NCBI GenBank assembly: GCA_040005235.1
Contig: JBDTZG010000021.1
Location: 25,668-89,667, forward strand
Reading direction: 5' to 3'
Source: Acidobacteriota bacterium
GTDB lineage: Bacteria; Acidobacteriota; Thermoanaerobaculia; Multivoradales; UBA5704
DNA: 64,000 nt
The translations under genes and the position numbers were made by a program. Below the pieces are notes generated by a model. The model was not told where the DNA came from. It did not search any database and worked only from the letters and a program-made list of their open reading frames with translations. Shown here in pieces: positions 50,975-60,458 of the stretch; positions within the stretch are counted from its first letter, which is position 1, and the number at the start of each line of letters is the position of its first letter.

Positions 50975-52894
50975 ATGCTGCCGAAGCGCAACTCCCGTCT
51001 CACGACTCCGTTCGTCCGCGAGGGCGGGGTGCTCCGCGAGGCGACTTGGAATGAGGCCCTGGAGCGGGTTGCCGCGGGCTTTGCCCGGGCGATCGAGAAG
51101 GGCCGGGCGACGGGTCAATCGCCGTTCGGTTTGTTCTCCTGCTCTAAGACCACCAACGAGATGAACTACACGGCGCAAAAGTTCACCCGTTCGGTGATGG
51201 GCAGCAACAATATCGACAGCTGCAACCGAACGTGACACGCCCCTAGCGTCGTCGGTCTGGCGACGGTCTTCGGAGCAGGGGGCAGCACCAGTTCCTACCG
51301 CGAGGTGGAGGAAACGGATCTGATCATCTTGTGGGGTAGCAACGCCCGCGAGACGCATCCGATCTTCTTCCATCACGTCTTGAAGGCGCTCCACAAGGGG
51401 GCGAAGCTGATTGTGGTCGATCCGCGTCGGACGACGTCCGCCCAATGGGCCGATACCTGGCTCGGGATCGACGTCGGCACCGACATCGCGCTCGCCAATG
51501 CTGTCGGCCGGGAGATCATCGCGAACGGCTGGCACCATGCCGATTTCGTCGAGAGCTCGACCAGCGGCTTTGAGGCCTACAAGGCGCACGTCGAGCGCTA
51601 CACCCTGGAGTACGCGGAGAAGACGACCGGCGTGCCGGCCGCGCTGATCCGTCGGACGGCCGAGATCTACGCCAAGGCCGAGAAGGCCGAGCTGTGCTGG
51701 ACGCTCGGCATCACCGAGCACATGCACGGGGTGGACAACGTGGTCGCCCTGATCAACCTCGCGTTGCTCACCGGTCACGTCGGGCGCTACGGCTCGGGTT
51801 TGAATCCCCTGCGGGGCCAAAACAACGTCCAGGGCGGGGGCGACATGGGCGCGCTTCCCGATCGCCTGCCGGGGATTCAGCATGTCGAAAACGACGCTCT
51901 GCGCGCGAAGTTCGAGACCGCCTGGGGGACGCCGATTCCGCCCAAGAAAGGGTGGCACCTCTCCGAGATGTTCGAAGCGATGGAGCACGGCCAGCTCGAC
52001 ACGCTCTATGTGATCGGCGAAAACCCGGCCGACTCCGAAGCGGATCGCCATCGGGCGCTCAAGCTGCTTTCCGGGCTCGAACTGCTGGTGGTCCAAGACA
52101 TCCTGTTCACCAAGACCGCCGAGATGGCCGACGTGGTGCTCCCCGCCGCGGCCGGCTGGTGCGAGTCCGAAGGGACGGTCACCAGCAGCGAGCGAAAAGT
52201 ACAGCGGGTGCGCCGCGCCGTGGCGCCTCCGGAAGGGGTGCGCGACGATCTGGCGGTGATGTTCGATCTCGCCCGGCGGTTGGGCCACGAGTGGGGCGAG
52301 CCGGTGGCGGAGAAGGTCTGGGACGAGCTGCGCCGCCTAAGCCCCGTTCATGCCGGGATGAGCTATCCCCGGTTGGAAGAAATGGGCGGCATCCCCTGGC
52401 CCTGCTATGACGAGTCGCACCCCGGCGAACTTTTCCTTCATTCGCGGCTGTGGGAACGGCCGGTGCTCGGGCCGCGGGCGCCGTTCAGTTGCGTCGAGCA
52501 GATCGCCCCGGCCGATCCGTTGGACGAGACGTTCCCGTTGCGCCTGACCACCGGACGGCATCTCGACTCCTACAACACCGGCGTCCAGAGCGGCGGCTAC
52601 AACTATCCGCGGCGGCTTGGGCCCACGATCGATCTGGCCCCGGAAGACGGCGAACGCTGGGGGGTGGAAGAGGGCGAGACCGTGAAGATCAGCTCGCGGC
52701 GCGGCTCGGTGCTCGCGCCGGTGCGGTTCGACCAGGGGCTGCGCCCCGGGCTCGCCTTCATGACGCTCCATTTTCCGGACCAGATGGCGACCAACGACCT
52801 GACGCTCGACGCGGTCGATCCGCGTTCCGGCACGGCAGAGTTCAAGGCCACGGCCATCCGATTGGATCGGGTGCCGGAAGAAGTACTCGCGTAG
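50975..52894 (+). CDS. fdhF: Formate dehydrogenase catalytic Mo/W subunit, selenoprotein (Sec TGA at 51233-51235)
   Basis: NNIDSCNRT-U-HAPS joins the two track ORFs in one frame; LRGQNNVQG; downstream SECIS. Confidence 0.92.
51233..51265 (+). promoter_or_regulatory. Bacterial SECIS element
   Basis: TGA, 11 nt, then stem CGTCGTC / loop GGTCT / GGCGACG; similar to the E. coli fdhF SECIS. Confidence 0.88.
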
Positions 52895-52910
52895 ACGGAG
52901 GGAGAACCGC

Positions 52911-54761
52911 TTGGACCTGCATTTCACCTCAGATCAGCCGAACGCGGACGAGCGGGCCGCCGTCGATTCCGAGCTTGGCGCCCCTTCCACCGCCTGGAGC
53001 GGCGGCACGCGGGGAAGCGATCTCGACGGCCGCACGTCCGGCGGCGGAATTTCGGCCCAGGCTCGCCATCGCCTGCTGCCGACGCTCCATGCGATCCAAG
53101 CTCGGATCGGCTGGATCAGTCCCGGGGCGCTCAACTACGCGAGCTTGCGGCTAGGTCTGCCGCCCGCCGAAACGTATGGCGTCGCCTCGTTCTACGGCCT
53201 GTTTTCGACCATTCCTCGGCCGCCGGTGGTGGTTCACATCTGCGACGACATCGCCTGTCGCGCCCGGGGCGCGGAGGAGATGCTGGAGGTCTTGGGCTCG
53301 ACCGGGGTGATCCCCTCTTCCGCCACCTGGCTGCGCAGCCCCTGCCTTGGCCTGTGCGAGCGGGCGCCCGCCGCTCTGCTGACGGCGGCGGGAGTGGGGC
53401 ATGGCGAAAAGGTGCTGGCTCCCGCGACGGTCCAATCGATTCGCAGCGCCCTGATCGATCCGGACGTCTCGGGCGCGCCGGACGTCCTCTCGGCTGAGCG
53501 GTCGGTTCCCCAAGCTGTTCGATCGGATCAACCGGGCGCGCCGCAGCTGCGGCTTCTCTCCCGGATCAACCGGCCGGATGCCGGGACGCTCGGCGGATAC
53601 CTCACGACCGACGGCTATCTGGGCCTCGCCAAAGCGATCGAGATCGGTCCCGAGCGGGTGGTGGAAGAGGTGCTCACAAGCAAGCTGCTCGGCCGCGGCG
53701 GCGCGGCGTTTCCCGCCGGGCGGAAGTGGCAGAGCGCGCGGGATTCGGGCCGGCAGCCGCTGCTGGTCTGCAACGCCGACGAGTCGGAGCCGGGGACGTT
53801 CAAAGACCGGGTGCTGATCGAAGGGGACCCGTTCGCGTTGATCGAGGCGATGACGATCGCGGGCTTCGCGATCGGCGCGGAGTTGGGCTACCTCTACCTG
53901 CGCGGCGAATACCCTCTCGCCTGGGAGCGGATGGAGCACGCTCTTTCGGCGGCGCGGAAGAGCGGCCATCTCGGCGGCGACATCCTGGGTAAGGGCGTCA
54001 AATTCGACATCCAGCTGTTCCGCGGTGCGGGGGCCTACATCTGCGGCGAGGAGACGGCGCTGTTCAACTCGATCGAGGGGTACCGCGGCGAGCCGAGGAA
54101 CAAGCCGCCGTTCCCCACCCAATCGGGTCTGTTCGGCCGGCCGACGGTGGTCAACAACGTCGAAACCCTGGTGAACGTGCCTTGGATTCTGCGCGACGGG
54201 GCAGCGGCGTTCGCGGCGCTCGGCACGGCGGGATCGACCGGCACGAAGCTCTTCTGCCTCTCCGGCGCGGTGGCGCGGCCGGGCGTCTATGAGGTGACGT
54301 TCGGCGCTACGCTACGCGAGCTGCTCGACCTCGCCGGAGGAACCACCGGCGAGCTGCGCGCGATCCTGATGGGTGGGGCGGCCGGCGGCTTCCTCGGACC
54401 CGCGGATCTCGACGTGCCGCTCACCTTCGAAGGTCTGCGCGCGGCGAGCGCGGCGCTGGGCTCGGGCGTCGTTCTGGTGTTCGACGAGACGGTCGATCTG
54501 GCCGACATCCTGGTGCGCATCGCCGCCTTCTTCCGCGACGAATCGTGCGGTCAGTGCGTCCCCTGCCGGGTGGGCACGGAGCGGCAGGAAGAAATTCTGG
54601 AGCGCCTGGTGAGGAAGCGGCCGATCGGCTCGGTGGATCAAGAAATCGCGCTGCTCAAAGAGATGGGCCAGGCGATGCGCGACGCGTCGATCTGCGGCCT
54701 CGGCCACACGGCGTCCTCGGCGATCGAATCGGCGCTCTCCCGGTGGAGGATCTTTACGTGA
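52911..54761 (+). CDS. NuoE-NuoF-like fused diaphorase subunit of an NAD-linked FDH
   Basis: CDDIAC...CLGLC, GRGGAAFP, NADESEPG, GAGAYICGEE, CGQCVPCR. Confidence 0.9.
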   Translation: MDLHFTSDQPNADERAAVDSELGAPSTAWSGGTRGSDLDGRTSGGGISAQARHRLLPTLHAIQARIGWISPGALNYASLRLGLPPAETYGVASFYGLFSTIPRPPVVVHICDDIACRARGAEEMLEVLGSTGVIPSSATWLRSPCLGLCERAPAALLTAAGVGHGEKVLAPATVQSIRSALIDPDVSGAPDVLSAERSVPQAVRSDQPGAPQLRLLSRINRPDAGTLGGYLTTDGYLGLAKAIEIGPERVVEEVLTSKLLGRGGAAFPAGRKWQSARDSGRQPLLVCNADESEPGTFKDRVLIEGDPFALIEAMTIAGFAIGAELGYLYLRGEYPLAWERMEHALSAARKSGHLGGDILGKGVKFDIQLFRGAGAYICGEETALFNSIEGYRGEPRNKPPFPTQSGLFGRPTVVNNVETLVNVPWILRDGAAAFAALGTAGSTGTKLFCLSGAVARPGVYEVTFGATLRELLDLAGGTTGELRAILMGGAAGGFLGPADLDVPLTFEGLRAASAALGSGVVLVFDETVDLADILVRIAAFFRDESCGQCVPCRVGTERQEEILERLVRKRPIGSVDQEIALLKEMGQAMRDASICGLGHTASSAIESALSRWRIFT

Positions 54762-55765
54762 TCGAACAGCCGCACCAGAAGAGCCCGGTCGATGCGCCCG
54801 ATCTGCGCATTCCGGTCCCGCGCGGACCGCTGCCGATCCTGCCCGACCGGCCGTCCAAGAAAACCGTCGAAATTGTGATCGACGGCAAGACGGTCGCGGT
54901 CGAGGAGGGTAAGACCATCCTCCAAGCGGGGCGCGAGATCGGCATCGACACGCCGACGCTCTGCTATTTGGAAACGCTCGAACCGGTGAACGTCTGCCGT
55001 ATCTGCGTGGTCGAGCTCGAAGGCTCGCGCACGCTGGTGCCGGCCTGCTCGCGGAAGGTCGAGCCGGGGATGAAGATCCAGACCGATTCTGAGCGTGTCC
55101 GCCTTTCGCGCCGGATGGTGCTCGAATTCCTCGCCTCCTCGGTCGACGTTTCTACCGCTCCCGCGATCCAGGAGTACATGGTCCGGTACGGCGCGAAGCC
55201 CGAGCGTTTCGGCCCCCCCAGCCCGAGAGCGTCGGAGGGAGAGCGCGACGCGGCGCGCGCCGGAGCGCACGAAACGGCCGACGGATCGACCGCCGGCACG
55301 GTGCGCCAACCGGTGAAGGTCGACAACGACCTCTACGTCCGCGACTACAGCAAGTGCATCCTCTGCTACAAATGCGTCGAAGCGTGCGGCGAGGACGCGC
55401 AGAACACCTTCGCCATCGCGGTCGCCGGCCGCGGCTTCGACGCGCGGATCTCGACCGAATACGCCGTGCCGCTGCCCGAATCCGCCTGCGTCTACTGTGG
55501 CAACTGCATCGCGGTATGCCCGACCGGAGCCCTGATGGGCAAAGCCGAGCACGACCTCCGCGAGGCGGGGACTTGGGACGAATCGAAACAGACCGCGACC
55601 GACACCATCTGCCCCTACTGCGGAGTCGGCTGCACGCTCACTCTCCACGCCCAGGACGAGCAGATCGTCAAGGTGACGTCACCGCTCGATCAGTTCGTGA
55701 CGTCGGGAAACCTGTGCGTCAAGGGGCGGTTCGGGTATGGCTTCGTGCGCGGGGAGCGGCGGTAG
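54758..55765 (+). CDS. Fe-S subunit corresponding to the FdsA/NuoG N-terminus, ending with the molybdopterin Fe4S4 domain
   Basis: PTLC...CRIC...C, CILCYKC, CVYCGNC, terminal CPYCGVGC...LCVKGRFG. Confidence 0.9.
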   Translation: MIEQPHQKSPVDAPDLRIPVPRGPLPILPDRPSKKTVEIVIDGKTVAVEEGKTILQAGREIGIDTPTLCYLETLEPVNVCRICVVELEGSRTLVPACSRKVEPGMKIQTDSERVRLSRRMVLEFLASSVDVSTAPAIQEYMVRYGAKPERFGPPSPRASEGERDAARAGAHETADGSTAGTVRQPVKVDNDLYVRDYSKCILCYKCVEACGEDAQNTFAIAVAGRGFDARISTEYAVPLPESACVYCGNCIAVCPTGALMGKAEHDLREAGTWDESKQTATDTICPYCGVGCTLTLHAQDEQIVKVTSPLDQFVTSGNLCVKGRFGYGFVRGERR

Positions 55766-55841
55766 AACGCCGCCTTGACGCAACCGTTCCGGTCGCCTCC
55801 GCTTGTAGGGCCGCGCCCGCCCCACCCTGTAGGATCGATTG

Positions 55842-55991
55842 ATGACGACTCGAACCCAGGAAGGTGCGGCCGCCGCAGCGAAGGCGGAGGACGTCGAGCG
55901 GGATATCGCGGCGCGGCGAGAGATCGATGCGGAGGAATACGAGCAGCTGCGGCGGGGCAGTCAACGTCCCGGCAGGGACGTCGTAACGTAG
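55842..55991 (+). CDS. Possible 49-aa leaderless small protein running into the palindromic element
   Basis: MTTRTQEGAAAAAKAEDVERDIAARREIDAEEYEQLRRGSQRPGRDVVT; TAGGAT ends 6 nt upstream. Confidence 0.3.
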   Translation: MTTRTQEGAAAAAKAEDVERDIAARREIDAEEYEQLRRGSQRPGRDVVT

Positions 55992-56095
55992 CGAGCGGTT
56001 TCAACCGCTCGCGGGGCTGCGGGCAGCGAAGCCGCCGAAGCCGCCCGTAGCGAGGGAATGAATTCCCTCGCTACGTTAGTCGTCCCTCCGGGACG
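55965..56095. repeat. GTAG-type REP/MITE-like element with about 30-bp imperfect terminal inverted repeats
   Basis: CGTCCCGGCAGGGACGTCGTAACGTAGCGAG versus the reverse complement of CTCGCTACGTTAGTCGTCCCTCCGGGACG; two internal GTAG-started hairpins. Confidence 0.75.
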
Positions 56096-56102
56096 ATTGC
56101 CC

Positions 56103-56531
56103 CTACCCGACCAGCTTCGCGTCGAGCGAAATCTGTACGCCGGCCAGCGCCGCGGAGACCGGACAGCCTTCCTTGGCGCCTTTAGCCTGCTCCTGGAAGG
56201 CCGCGTCGTCGATGCCGGGGATCTCTGCCTCGGTGGTGAGTTCGATGCGGGTGATCCGGAATGCGTCGCCCACTTTTTCGAGATGGACTTTGGCCGAGGT
56301 GGCGATCCGCTTGGGGGAGAAGCCGGCCCGGCCGAGGGCGGCGGAGAGGGCCATCGAGAAGCAGCCGGCGTGGGCGGCGCCGATCAGCTCTTCGGGGTTC
56401 GTGCCGCCTGCCTCTTCGAAGCGGGAGCCGAACGAATAGCGCCCTTCGAAGGCGCCGCTGCCGAGCGCGAGGTGCCCCGCGCCATCCTTCAATCCACCTT
56501 CCCAAACCGCTTTCGCGCTGCGTACGGGCAT
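56103..56531 (-). CDS. osmC: OsmC peroxiredoxin
   Basis: TNPEELIGAAHAGCFSMA, CPVS. Confidence 0.95.
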   Translation of the reverse strand: MPVRSAKAVWEGGLKDGAGHLALGSGAFEGRYSFGSRFEEAGGTNPEELIGAAHAGCFSMALSAALGRAGFSPKRIATSAKVHLEKVGDAFRITRIELTTEAEIPGIDDAAFQEQAKGAKEGCPVSAALAGVQISLDAKLVG

Positions 56532-56589
56532 GACGTGTCTCCTGATCGTGATCGTGAATTTAGGGTTCGCGCGCCGCGCGACCGTGGCC

Positions 56590-56997
56590 TCAAGGGTGCG
56601 CCGCGCGAAACGTGAGCTTCGTTCCGGCCGGGAGCTTTTCGATCGCGGCAATCTTCACCGGCGACCTTTGCTGCCAATCGACCTCCAACGTGCACCGGAT
56701 GACGTCTCCGGGGGCAAACCCCGCGAGCGAGAGCCCTTCCGCGACCGGAAACGGCATCGACATCGGATCCATTCCCATCCTCTTGCCGTCGCGGTCGAGG
56801 AAGCCGTCGATCGCCTCGTGGCGGATCAATAGATCTCCGTTCGGTCCTTCAGGCAGTTGCATCACCTCGGCCCGTACCTGATAGCGCTGGACCGGGCCGG
56901 ACTTTTGCGCACAAGCCGTGGCGAGGAGCGGAGCGAGCAGTACGAGCGAGAGGAGGGCGAGAGAGAGGAAGGCGAAGCGAGGAAAAGACGGGCGCAT
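56590..56997 (-). CDS. CusF-like copper-binding lipoprotein
   Basis: Lipobox LATAC; IRHEAI...MDPMSMPF. Confidence 0.75.
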   Translation of the reverse strand: MRPSFPRFAFLSLALLSLVLLAPLLATACAQKSGPVQRYQVRAEVMQLPEGPNGDLLIRHEAIDGFLDRDGKRMGMDPMSMPFPVAEGLSLAGFAPGDVIRCTLEVDWQQRSPVKIAAIEKLPAGTKLTFRAAHP

Positions 56998-57083
56998 GGC
57001 GAAACGAAATGCTAACACGCGCCCCGCGGACGGTTCCGCGACTCGGGATAGAGTTCTAGGCCAGCCGACGAGGAGAATCTCCG

Positions 57084-58754
57084 ATGAGCACGACGGAAGT
57101 GAGCTTCAATCTGGGTGCGGGGGCCGGGCCGGTGGCGGCGCGGTTGGAACAGTGGCAAGGCGAGGATCTCGGCCGGCGGATCTGGGCGAAAGATCCGACG
57201 GTCTGGGCGGATCGAAATACGCCGGAGCTGGCCGACCGATTAGGCTGGCTCACCCTGCCGGTCGAGATGCGCGCCCGTTTGCCGGAGCTCGAATCGTTCG
57301 GTGCGACGCTCGCGGCCGATGAATTCCGCCACGCCCTGGTGCTGGGGATGGGCGGATCGAGCCTCGCGCCCGAGGTGTTCCAAGAGACCTTGGGCAACCG
57401 CGAGGGGTATCCGACATTACGGGTGCTCGACAGCACGCATCCCGCGGCGGTGCTCACTCTGGCCCGGCAGATCGACGTGTCCCGGAGCGCTTTCCTCGTC
57501 TCGTCGAAGTCCGGCGGCACGACCGAGACGATGAGCTACTTCCGGTATTTCTGGCAGCGGGTGAATTCTTTGGGGGACGCCGAAAAAGAACGGCTCGGCG
57601 GGCCGGGCAACGCCTTCGCCGCGGTGACCGACCCAGGGACTTCGCTCGAAAAGCTGTCGCGCGACCGAGGATTCCGATGGCTGTTTTCGGCACAGAGCGA
57701 CGTCGGCGGGCGCTATAGCGCGCTCACCCCGTTTGGTCTCGCGCCCGCGGCCGCGATCGGCGCCGATCTTTCCGGCCTGCTCACCCGCGCCGAGGTGCTC
57801 GCCGGAGCCTGCGGCGCGGAGGTGCCGGTGGCCGAAAATCCAGGTTTCGCGCTCGGCGCGGCGCTCGGCGAGCTGGCCAAGGCCGGGCGCGACAAGGTGA
57901 CCTTTCTCACCTCGCCCGGGTTCGCCTCGTTTCCCGATTGGCTGGAGCAGTTGATCGCTGAGAGCACCGGCAAGCACGGCCAAGGGATCGTGCCGGTCGC
58001 GGGAGAGGCGCCCGCCGAGCCTGCCGCCTATGGCGCCGATCGGTTCTTCGTCGGCCTGGCGCTCGCGGGAGAAGAGGGCGAGCTGGCCCAGCGCCTGGCG
58101 GATCTCGCCGCGGCGGGGCATCCGACCGCGTCGTTCGTGCTCGGCGACCGGCTCGACCTGACTGCCGAGATGTTCCGCTGGGAGTTCGCGGTCGCGGCGG
58201 CTGGCGCGGTGCTCGGCATCCAGCCGTTCGACCAGCCGGACGTGCAGTTGGCCAAGGATCTCTCCAGCCGGGCGATGAAGGGCGAGCTGACCCTCGACGC
58301 CGCAGGCGAAGAGGTGACGGCGGATTCTCCCGATCTCGCCGCGGTGCTCGGCCGCTTCCTCGACGGTGCCGCGGCCGGCGACTATCTGGGCCTCCACGCC
58401 TACCTGGCGCCTTCCCCTTCGGCGACCGCGACGCTTCGGGCGCTTCAGGCGGGGCTGCGCGACCGGACGCACCTCGCCACGACGTTCGGCTATGGGCCGC
58501 GGTTCCTCCATTCGACCGGTCAATTGCACAAGGGGGGGCCGGCCGGTTGCCGCTTCCTCCAACTGGTCGATCGGCCGGGCGATCCGGTGCCGGTGCCGGA
58601 GACCGATTTCACCTTTGCCAAGCTAATCCGCGCCCAGGCCGACGGCGATCGGCAGGCTTTGATCGGCCGCGGGCGGACGGTGCTGCGGATCGATCTTGGG
58701 GCCGATGCGGCGGCCGGGCTCGAACGGCTGGCCGCGGCTCTGGGTCAGGGCTAG
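57084..58754 (+). CDS. pgi: Glucose-6-phosphate isomerase (Tal-Pgi-type Pgi moiety, stand-alone)
   Basis: GMGGSSL, SKSGGTTET, GGRYS, EQLIAESTGK, PFDQPDV, HSTGQLHKGG. Confidence 0.9.
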   Translation: MSTTEVSFNLGAGAGPVAARLEQWQGEDLGRRIWAKDPTVWADRNTPELADRLGWLTLPVEMRARLPELESFGATLAADEFRHALVLGMGGSSLAPEVFQETLGNREGYPTLRVLDSTHPAAVLTLARQIDVSRSAFLVSSKSGGTTETMSYFRYFWQRVNSLGDAEKERLGGPGNAFAAVTDPGTSLEKLSRDRGFRWLFSAQSDVGGRYSALTPFGLAPAAAIGADLSGLLTRAEVLAGACGAEVPVAENPGFALGAALGELAKAGRDKVTFLTSPGFASFPDWLEQLIAESTGKHGQGIVPVAGEAPAEPAAYGADRFFVGLALAGEEGELAQRLADLAAAGHPTASFVLGDRLDLTAEMFRWEFAVAAAGAVLGIQPFDQPDVQLAKDLSSRAMKGELTLDAAGEEVTADSPDLAAVLGRFLDGAAAGDYLGLHAYLAPSPSATATLRALQAGLRDRTHLATTFGYGPRFLHSTGQLHKGGPAGCRFLQLVDRPGDPVPVPETDFTFAKLIRAQADGDRQALIGRGRTVLRIDLGADAAAGLERLAAALGQG

Positions 58755-58758
58755 GCCG

Positions 58759-59802
58759 ATGCTGCTCGCCGGGGATGTCGGCGGAACCCATATCCGGCTG
58801 GGCCGTTTTCGTCTCGGCGCGGGCGGCCGGCTCGAAGCGGCCGGCGAGATGGCGAACTACCGCAGCCTGGATTTCCCCGATCTCGCCACCGCCGCCGTCG
58901 AATTTATGGCCGGCGAGCGCTTGGACGCCGCCTGCTTCGGGATTCCGGGTCCGGTCCGGAACAACCAGGCGACCACGCCGAACCTCCCTTGGCCGGAGCT
59001 GGACGGCGACGCGATCGGCGCCCAGCTGGGGCTCGCGGCCGGCCGCGCCCTATTGATGAACGACCTGGCGGCGGCGGCGGCGGGCCTCGACGATCTGGGA
59101 CCGCATCAGCTGATGGTGCTTCAGGAAGGGGAGAGCGGGGCGGCCGGCGCCCACGGCAATCGCGCCCTGGTCTCCGCCGGGACGGGCTTGGGCATCGCGC
59201 TCCAGACCCGGACGGGCGACCGCTGGGCGACGCTCGCGACCGAGGGCGGCCACATGGATTTCTCCCCTCGGGACGACGAGGAATGGGCGCTCCTCGGTTA
59301 TCTCTCGCAGCGGCTGGCAGCAGAGAGCGGCGGCCATGTGAGCGCCGAGCGGCTGGTCTCCGGCCCCGGCCTGGTGAATCTCTACGAATTCCTGCGCGAC
59401 CGGCGCGGCTTGGCGCCCCACCTCAAAGTGGAGCAGGCGCTGGCCGACAAGGCCGCCGGGGTGGCGAATGCCGACCCTTCCGCGGCGATCGCCCAGGTGA
59501 GCGCGGCGGAGGATTCCCCCCTCTGCGATCGGACTCTCGCGATGTTCTGTTCGATCTATGGCGCGGTGGCCGGCAACGTCGCGCTGGTCGGCGGTGCTAC
59601 GGGCGGGGTATTCCTGGGGGGCGGGGTGGCGCCCAAGGTGCGCGACCGGCTGGTGGAGGGAGAGTTTCTCCGTTCCTTCCGCGCCAAGGGCCGGTTCGCC
59701 GGCTATCTGTCGAGGATACCGGTACGGATCGTCCTCGAACCGCACGCCGGCCTGCTCGGAGCCGCGAAGCTCGCCGCCGAGGCGGCTGGATCGAATTCCT
59801 AG
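58759..59802 (+). CDS. glk: Glucokinase
   Basis: AGDVGGT, GTGLG, EGGH, ERLVSGPG. Confidence 0.93.
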   Translation: MLLAGDVGGTHIRLGRFRLGAGGRLEAAGEMANYRSLDFPDLATAAVEFMAGERLDAACFGIPGPVRNNQATTPNLPWPELDGDAIGAQLGLAAGRALLMNDLAAAAAGLDDLGPHQLMVLQEGESGAAGAHGNRALVSAGTGLGIALQTRTGDRWATLATEGGHMDFSPRDDEEWALLGYLSQRLAAESGGHVSAERLVSGPGLVNLYEFLRDRRGLAPHLKVEQALADKAAGVANADPSAAIAQVSAAEDSPLCDRTLAMFCSIYGAVAGNVALVGGATGGVFLGGGVAPKVRDRLVEGEFLRSFRAKGRFAGYLSRIPVRIVLEPHAGLLGAAKLAAEAAGSNS

Positions 59803-59985
59803 CAAACGCCGTAGGTTCCTGATTCTAAGAAGAATTGTCCCTCTCAAGGAAGATTCTGTGTGGATTTTTCTCCGGTTTGGTCGAAATTCTTTGTCACGGT
59901 TACCGATTCAGGACAAACAATGCCTTGTAGAGGCGACATCGCGCGGCATGGCGCCGCCGGAGAGTCGTCGAGCAAGGAGAACGTC

Positions 59986-60324
59986 ATGCGTACCTATTTC
60001 TTCCCCCGTCTGGTTGTAGCCACCCTGGCCGCCGCGATCCTGATCACACCGCTTCCGGCTTCAGCCGTCCGTCTGGATTTCGGAGCTTTCGGCTCGATGT
60101 TCGAATCGAGCTGGGGATCGATCGCCGGCTGGACCGGAGAGCTCTTGCAGCATTTGTGGGCCAGAGAAGGAATTTCGATCGATCCTCTCGGCCGGCCGGA
60201 AGCGGTGCCGGGCATGGCTCCGGAGGGCGTCCGGCACCTTTGGGCCGATGAAGGGATCTCGATCGATCCTCTCGGTCGGCAGGCCCCTGCCCCGGCGGCG
60301 ACCACCGGGGACGATCGTCAGTAG
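59986..60324 (+). CDS. Secreted 112-aa peptide with duplicated HLWAxEGISIDPLGR motif
   Basis: SD AAGGAG; Sec signal ending ASA; repeats at 60151-60195 and 60235-60279. Confidence 0.85.
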   Translation: MRTYFFPRLVVATLAAAILITPLPASAVRLDFGAFGSMFESSWGSIAGWTGELLQHLWAREGISIDPLGRPEAVPGMAPEGVRHLWADEGISIDPLGRQAPAPAATTGDDRQ

Positions 60325-60458
60325 CTCGTAAAATCATCGGGTTCGGCATTCCGATTCGCAGAGAAGTAACTTTGTCGGAGATTTTTGTCTCAAAATAACC
60401 TCTTGCGGCAACCAAGGTATGTAGAGAGAGAATTCTCGAACCTTGGGAGGAATGCCGG

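Noticed and set aside
50801-52894. Two separate genes or an FDH pseudogene
   Set aside because: Both ORFs are in the same frame, the TGA is at the catalytic ligand position and a SECIS follows, so this is a selenoprotein.
60151-60279. Lasso-peptide cores
   Set aside because: Asp is at position 5 from Gly rather than 7-9, a Sec signal is present, and there is no lasso cyclase or peptidase nearby.
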